This document shows positions 42,392 through 45,775 of a stretch of 45,775 nt of DNA, one piece after another. Origin of the DNA: an uncultured Rhodocyclaceae bacterium (GTDB lineage: Bacteria > Pseudomonadota > Gammaproteobacteria > Burkholderiales > Rhodocyclaceae); assembly GCA_964486795.1 (NCBI GenBank), contig CAZAOQ010000002.1:1-45775 (forward strand). Reading direction: 5' to 3'. Position numbers and translations under genes: made by a program. Positions within the stretch are counted from its first letter, which is position 1, and the number at the start of each line of letters is the position of its first letter. The notes under the pieces were generated by a model that made no database searches, was not told the DNA's origin, and was given only the letters and a program-made list of their open reading frames with translations.

Positions 42392-42421
42392 TATCTTATG
42401 TCTTATATAAGACATAAGATA
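42392..42421. promoter_or_regulatory. Perfect 30-bp palindrome, probable operator of the adjacent GntR regulator
   Basis: TATCTTATGTCTTATATAAGACATAAGATA is its own reverse complement; contains a HutC-type GT-N-TA-N-AC core. Confidence 0.8.
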
Positions 42422-42701
42422 GCTATTGACACACTGCAACATGCTCCGCTAAGATTTCACCGTTCTCGAATGGCCGTGGAAACGGGTTTCACCTTTAAAT
42501 TTGCCAGGTTCGAAAACCCTGAAGAATTCGGCGTCAGTTGTAGTCCGTTGTGGGACTACTGGTCTGGCTGCAACTGTCGCCCACAAGCACGGTCGCAAAG
42601 GGATAGTACTCGAACCGGTGAGCCGGTATAGTTGGTAGTTTCGTGGTTTCCTGTTGATTTCCTTTTCACGGCATCATCAATCACTTCAAGGAGTATTCAG
42701 A

Positions 42702-43688
42702 ATGGCCAAAGCCCCCGTTCGCGTCACCGTTACCGGTGCCGCCGGTCAAATCGGTTACAGCCTGCTGTTCCGCATCGCCAGTGGCGAGATGCTTGGCAAG
42801 GACCAGCCGGTCATCCTGCAATTGCTGGAAATCACGCCTTCCCTGCCGGCTCTCAAGGGCGTGGTCATGGAACTCGAAGACTGCGCCTTCCCGTTACTCG
42901 CCGGCGTGGTGCAGACCGATGACCCGAAGGTCGCCTTCAAGGACACCAACTACGCCATGCTGGTCGGCGCCCGTCCGCGTAGCAAGGGCATGGAACGCAA
43001 GGATCTGCTTGAAGCCAACGGCGCCATCTTTACCGTTCAGGGCCGCGCCATGAACGAAGTCGCCGCACGCGACGTCAAGGTGCTTGTCGTCGGCAACCCG
43101 GCCAACACCAACGCCCTGATTGCCATGAACTCCGCGCCGGACCTGCCGCGCGAAAATTTCACCGCCATGCTGCGCCTTGACCACAACCGTGCCCTGTCGC
43201 AACTCGCCACACGCACCGGCAAAGCCGTCACCGACATTGAGAAGATGATTGTTTGGGGCAATCACTCGCCGACAATGTATCCGGATATCCGCTTCTGCAA
43301 CGTCGCCGGCCAGAACGCTGTGACGCTCGTCAATGACCAGGCCTGGTATCGCGACACCTACATCCCGACCGTCGGCAAGCGTGGCGCCGCCATCATTGAA
43401 GCACGCGGTCTGTCCTCCGCCGCTTCGGCCGCCAATGCGGCCATCGATCACATGCGTGACTGGGCGCTCGGCACCAACGGCAAGTGGGTCACCATGGGCA
43501 TCTGCTCCGACGGCGCCTATGGCATTCCCGCTGGCATGATCTACGGCATGCCGGTGACCACCGCCAATGGCAAGTGGGAACTCGTCAAGGGTCTCGAAAT
43601 CGACACCTTCTCACGCGAGAAAATGGATGCCACGCTCCAGGAACTCACCGAAGAGCGCGACGGCGTCAAGCATCTGCTGGGCAAGTAA
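42702..43688 (+). CDS. mdh: Malate dehydrogenase
   Basis: RBS aaggag then ATG 42702; [32 protein letters not shown]. Confidence 0.97.
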   Translation: MAKAPVRVTVTGAAGQIGYSLLFRIASGEMLGKDQPVILQLLEITPSLPALKGVVMELEDCAFPLLAGVVQTDDPKVAFKDTNYAMLVGARPRSKGMERKDLLEANGAIFTVQGRAMNEVAARDVKVLVVGNPANTNALIAMNSAPDLPRENFTAMLRLDHNRALSQLATRTGKAVTDIEKMIVWGNHSPTMYPDIRFCNVAGQNAVTLVNDQAWYRDTYIPTVGKRGAAIIEARGLSSAASAANAAIDHMRDWALGTNGKWVTMGICSDGAYGIPAGMIYGMPVTTANGKWELVKGLEIDTFSREKMDATLQELTEERDGVKHLLGK

Positions 43689-43810
43689 TCGCAAGACGAG
43701 AAGAGGTGCGTCGCGACTGCGATGCCCCTCTTCCCGATACCCCGCACCCTCCCCCGCTCGGCGGGTGTGGGACGTGACACCGCAATCGTAGCAACCGCAG
43801 CAGCGTCCCA

Positions 43811-44818
43811 ATGAACACACGCATCCACCCCGTCGACGTGCTGTACCAGGGACTCGACAATCCCCGGCCCTTCCCTGCCCTCAACGCCTGCGAACACTAC
43901 GCCGGCAGCGAAAAACTGATCGACAAGGCACTCATCCTGCAAGCAGAGATGGGCCCAATCTTCGACATCACCTGCGATTGCGAGGACGGCGCACCTGCCG
44001 GCCGCGAGCGCGAGCACGCCGAGATGATCGCCGCACGAATCATGAGCGAGGCCAACCGCTTTGGCCGCGTCGGTGCGCGCATTCACGACATCACCCACCC
44101 CCATTGGCGCGATGATCTTGACATCATCCTTGGCAAAGCCGGAGAGCGCGTCGCCTACATCGTGCTACCCAAGGTGCGAGGTATTGACGATGTTCTCGCC
44201 CAGCACGCCATCGTGACCGCCGTGCAGCGCAAGCGTGGCCATGAGCGCACGATACCGCTGCACATCCTGATCGAAACGCCGGGCGCGCTGCGCGAAGCCT
44301 GGCAGATCGCCGCCCTGCCCGCCGTCGAATCACTTGACTTTGGTTTGATGGATTTCGTCAGCGCCCATCACGGTGCCATTCCCGCAGCCGCCATGCGCAG
44401 TCCCGGTCAGTTCGAGCACCCACTGGTGGTCCGTGCCAAGTGCGAGGTCGCCGCGGCCGCGCTCGGTAGCGGCATCGTACCGGCACACAATGTCAGCGTC
44501 GAAATCCGCGACCCCGCTGTAGTGCGCGAGGACGCCCGTCGTGCGCGCCAGGAATTCGGCTACCTGCGCATGTGGAGCATCCATCCGAATCAGATCCAGC
44601 CCATCGTCGATGCGATGCGCCCCGACTTTGCCGAAGTCGCCGAAGCCGCCGAAATCCTCTGTGCCGCCCAGGATGCCGAATGGGGGCCGATTCAGCTTGC
44701 CGGCAAGCTGCATGACCGCGCCTCCTTCCGCTACTATTGGGAACTGCTTGGCCGCGCCCACACGACGGGAATGCGGGTAACGGAAGCCGCCTGCCAGCGA
44801 TTTTTCACCACAAGTTAA
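43811..44818 (+). CDS. HpcH/HpaI aldolase / citrate lyase beta-like (CitE-like) protein
   Basis: DCEDGA, VLPKV, LIETPGA, LDFGLMDF, WSIHPNQI. Confidence 0.85.
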   Translation: MNTRIHPVDVLYQGLDNPRPFPALNACEHYAGSEKLIDKALILQAEMGPIFDITCDCEDGAPAGREREHAEMIAARIMSEANRFGRVGARIHDITHPHWRDDLDIILGKAGERVAYIVLPKVRGIDDVLAQHAIVTAVQRKRGHERTIPLHILIETPGALREAWQIAALPAVESLDFGLMDFVSAHHGAIPAAAMRSPGQFEHPLVVRAKCEVAAAALGSGIVPAHNVSVEIRDPAVVREDARRARQEFGYLRMWSIHPNQIQPIVDAMRPDFAEVAEAAEILCAAQDAEWGPIQLAGKLHDRASFRYYWELLGRAHTTGMRVTEAACQRFFTTS

Positions 44819-44927
44819 TTCATACAAGCGCCACTACTCATTTGCCAAATTCTCATTTCCGCATAGGCAGAAATGAGGAAACAAAAGCAATCACCGCAAA
44901 ATTTCACCTCCGGAAAGGGATGACAAA

Positions 44928-45775
44928 ATGCTAGAAGCCTACCGCCAACACGTCGCCGAGCGCGCTACCCAGGGCATTCCTCCGCTGCCGCTGACCGCCA
45001 AGCAAACCGCCGACCTCATCGAACTGCTAAAGAACCCGCCCAAGGGTGAGGAAGCCACACTCGTCGACCTGATCGTTCACCGCGTTCCCGCCGGTGTCGA
45101 TGATGCCGCCAAGGTCAAGGCGTCCTACCTCGCTGCGGTCGCACTGGGCAAGGAAAAATGCGCCTTGATCAACCGCGAGAAGGCGACCGAACTGCTCGCC
45201 ACCATGCTCGGTGGCTACAACATCCAGCCGCTGATTGATCTGCTCGACGACGCTCTGGTCGGCGGTATCGCCGCGGCCGGTCTGTCGAAGACACTGCTGG
45301 TGTTTGACTCCTTCCATGACGTCAAAGAAAAGGCAGACAAAGGGAATGCCAACGCCAAAAAGGTGCTGCAAGCCTGGGCCGATGCTGAATGGTTCACCTC
45401 GCGTCCGGAAGTACCGAAGAGCCTGACATTGACCGTCTTCAAGGTCACCGGCGAAACCAATACCGATGATCTTTCCCCGGCACCTGACGCCTGGAGCCGC
45501 CCCGATATTCCGCTGCATGCACTGGCCATGCTGAAGAACCTGCGCCCCGGCATCGAAGCCGACGAACCGGGCAAGATCGGCCCGCTCAAGCAACTCGCCG
45601 CACTGCAAGCCAAAGGCAATCTGATCGCCTATGTCGGCGATGTGGTTGGTACCGGTTCCTCACGCAAATCCGCCACCAACTCCGTGCTCTGGTTCACCGG
45701 CGAAGATATCCCCTTCGTGCCGAACAAGCGCTTTGGTGGCGTCTGCCTCGGCACCAAGATCGCGCCGATCTTCTA
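44928..45775 (+). CDS. acnB: Aconitate hydratase B (3' truncated by window edge; absent from the ORF track)
   Basis: MLEAYRQHVAERATQGIPPLPL, RVPAGVDDAAKVKA, GETNTDDLSPAPDAWSRPDIPLHA, GTGSSRKSATNS. Confidence 0.96.
   Translation, partial: MLEAYRQHVAERATQGIPPLPLTAKQTADLIELLKNPPKGEEATLVDLIVHRVPAGVDDAAKVKASYLAAVALGKEKCALINREKATELLATMLGGYNIQPLIDLLDDALVGGIAAAGLSKTLLVFDSFHDVKEKADKGNANAKKVLQAWADAEWFTSRPEVPKSLTLTVFKVTGETNTDDLSPAPDAWSRPDIPLHALAMLKNLRPGIEADEPGKIGPLKQLAALQAKGNLIAYVGDVVGTGSSRKSATNSVLWFTGEDIPFVPNKRFGGVCLGTKIAPIF

Noticed and set aside
44852-44877. Inverted repeat CTCATTTC-N10-GAAATGAG upstream of acnB
   Set aside because: Short arms and a single occurrence; cannot distinguish operator, weak terminator or chance.

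Overview
Chromosomal window from a betaproteobacterium; the etfBA/ETF-QO, rnr-rlmB and acnB-mdh-gntR-sdh-gltA-suc gene order suggests a Rhodocyclales/Sterolibacteriaceae-like organism (inference only). Left arm (1-9.4 kb): etfBA, an acyl-CoA dehydrogenase interrupted by one in-frame TAG, ETF-QO, galE, and an FNR-box-preceded hemN-TauE/SafE-USP run. Middle (9.4-24.3 kb): an accessory-looking lipid block with no regulator gene. It contains a GT8 glycosyltransferase divergent from FabG4-like reductase, MaoC dehydratase, hotdog thioesterase, thiolase, FadD, a signal-peptide-bearing START protein and an OmpW/AlkL barrel. A convergent thioesterase-fadH-crotonase operon and a ChoD-like GMC oxidoreductase follow, with palindromic operator candidates and a 41-bp-period repeat at the right end. 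Right arm (24.3-45.8 kb): housekeeping genes rlmB, rnr, tRNA-Leu(CAG), slyD, BCP peroxiredoxin, zapE, lpdA-sucB-sucA, gltA, sdhEBADC, a GntR regulator, mdh, a CitE-like lyase and partial acnB. The best candidate for an undescribed system is the OmpW + periplasmic START + FadD lipid import module, coupled to (R)-specific and unsaturated-acyl beta-oxidation enzymes. All family calls come from motif recognition by eye; no database search was run.
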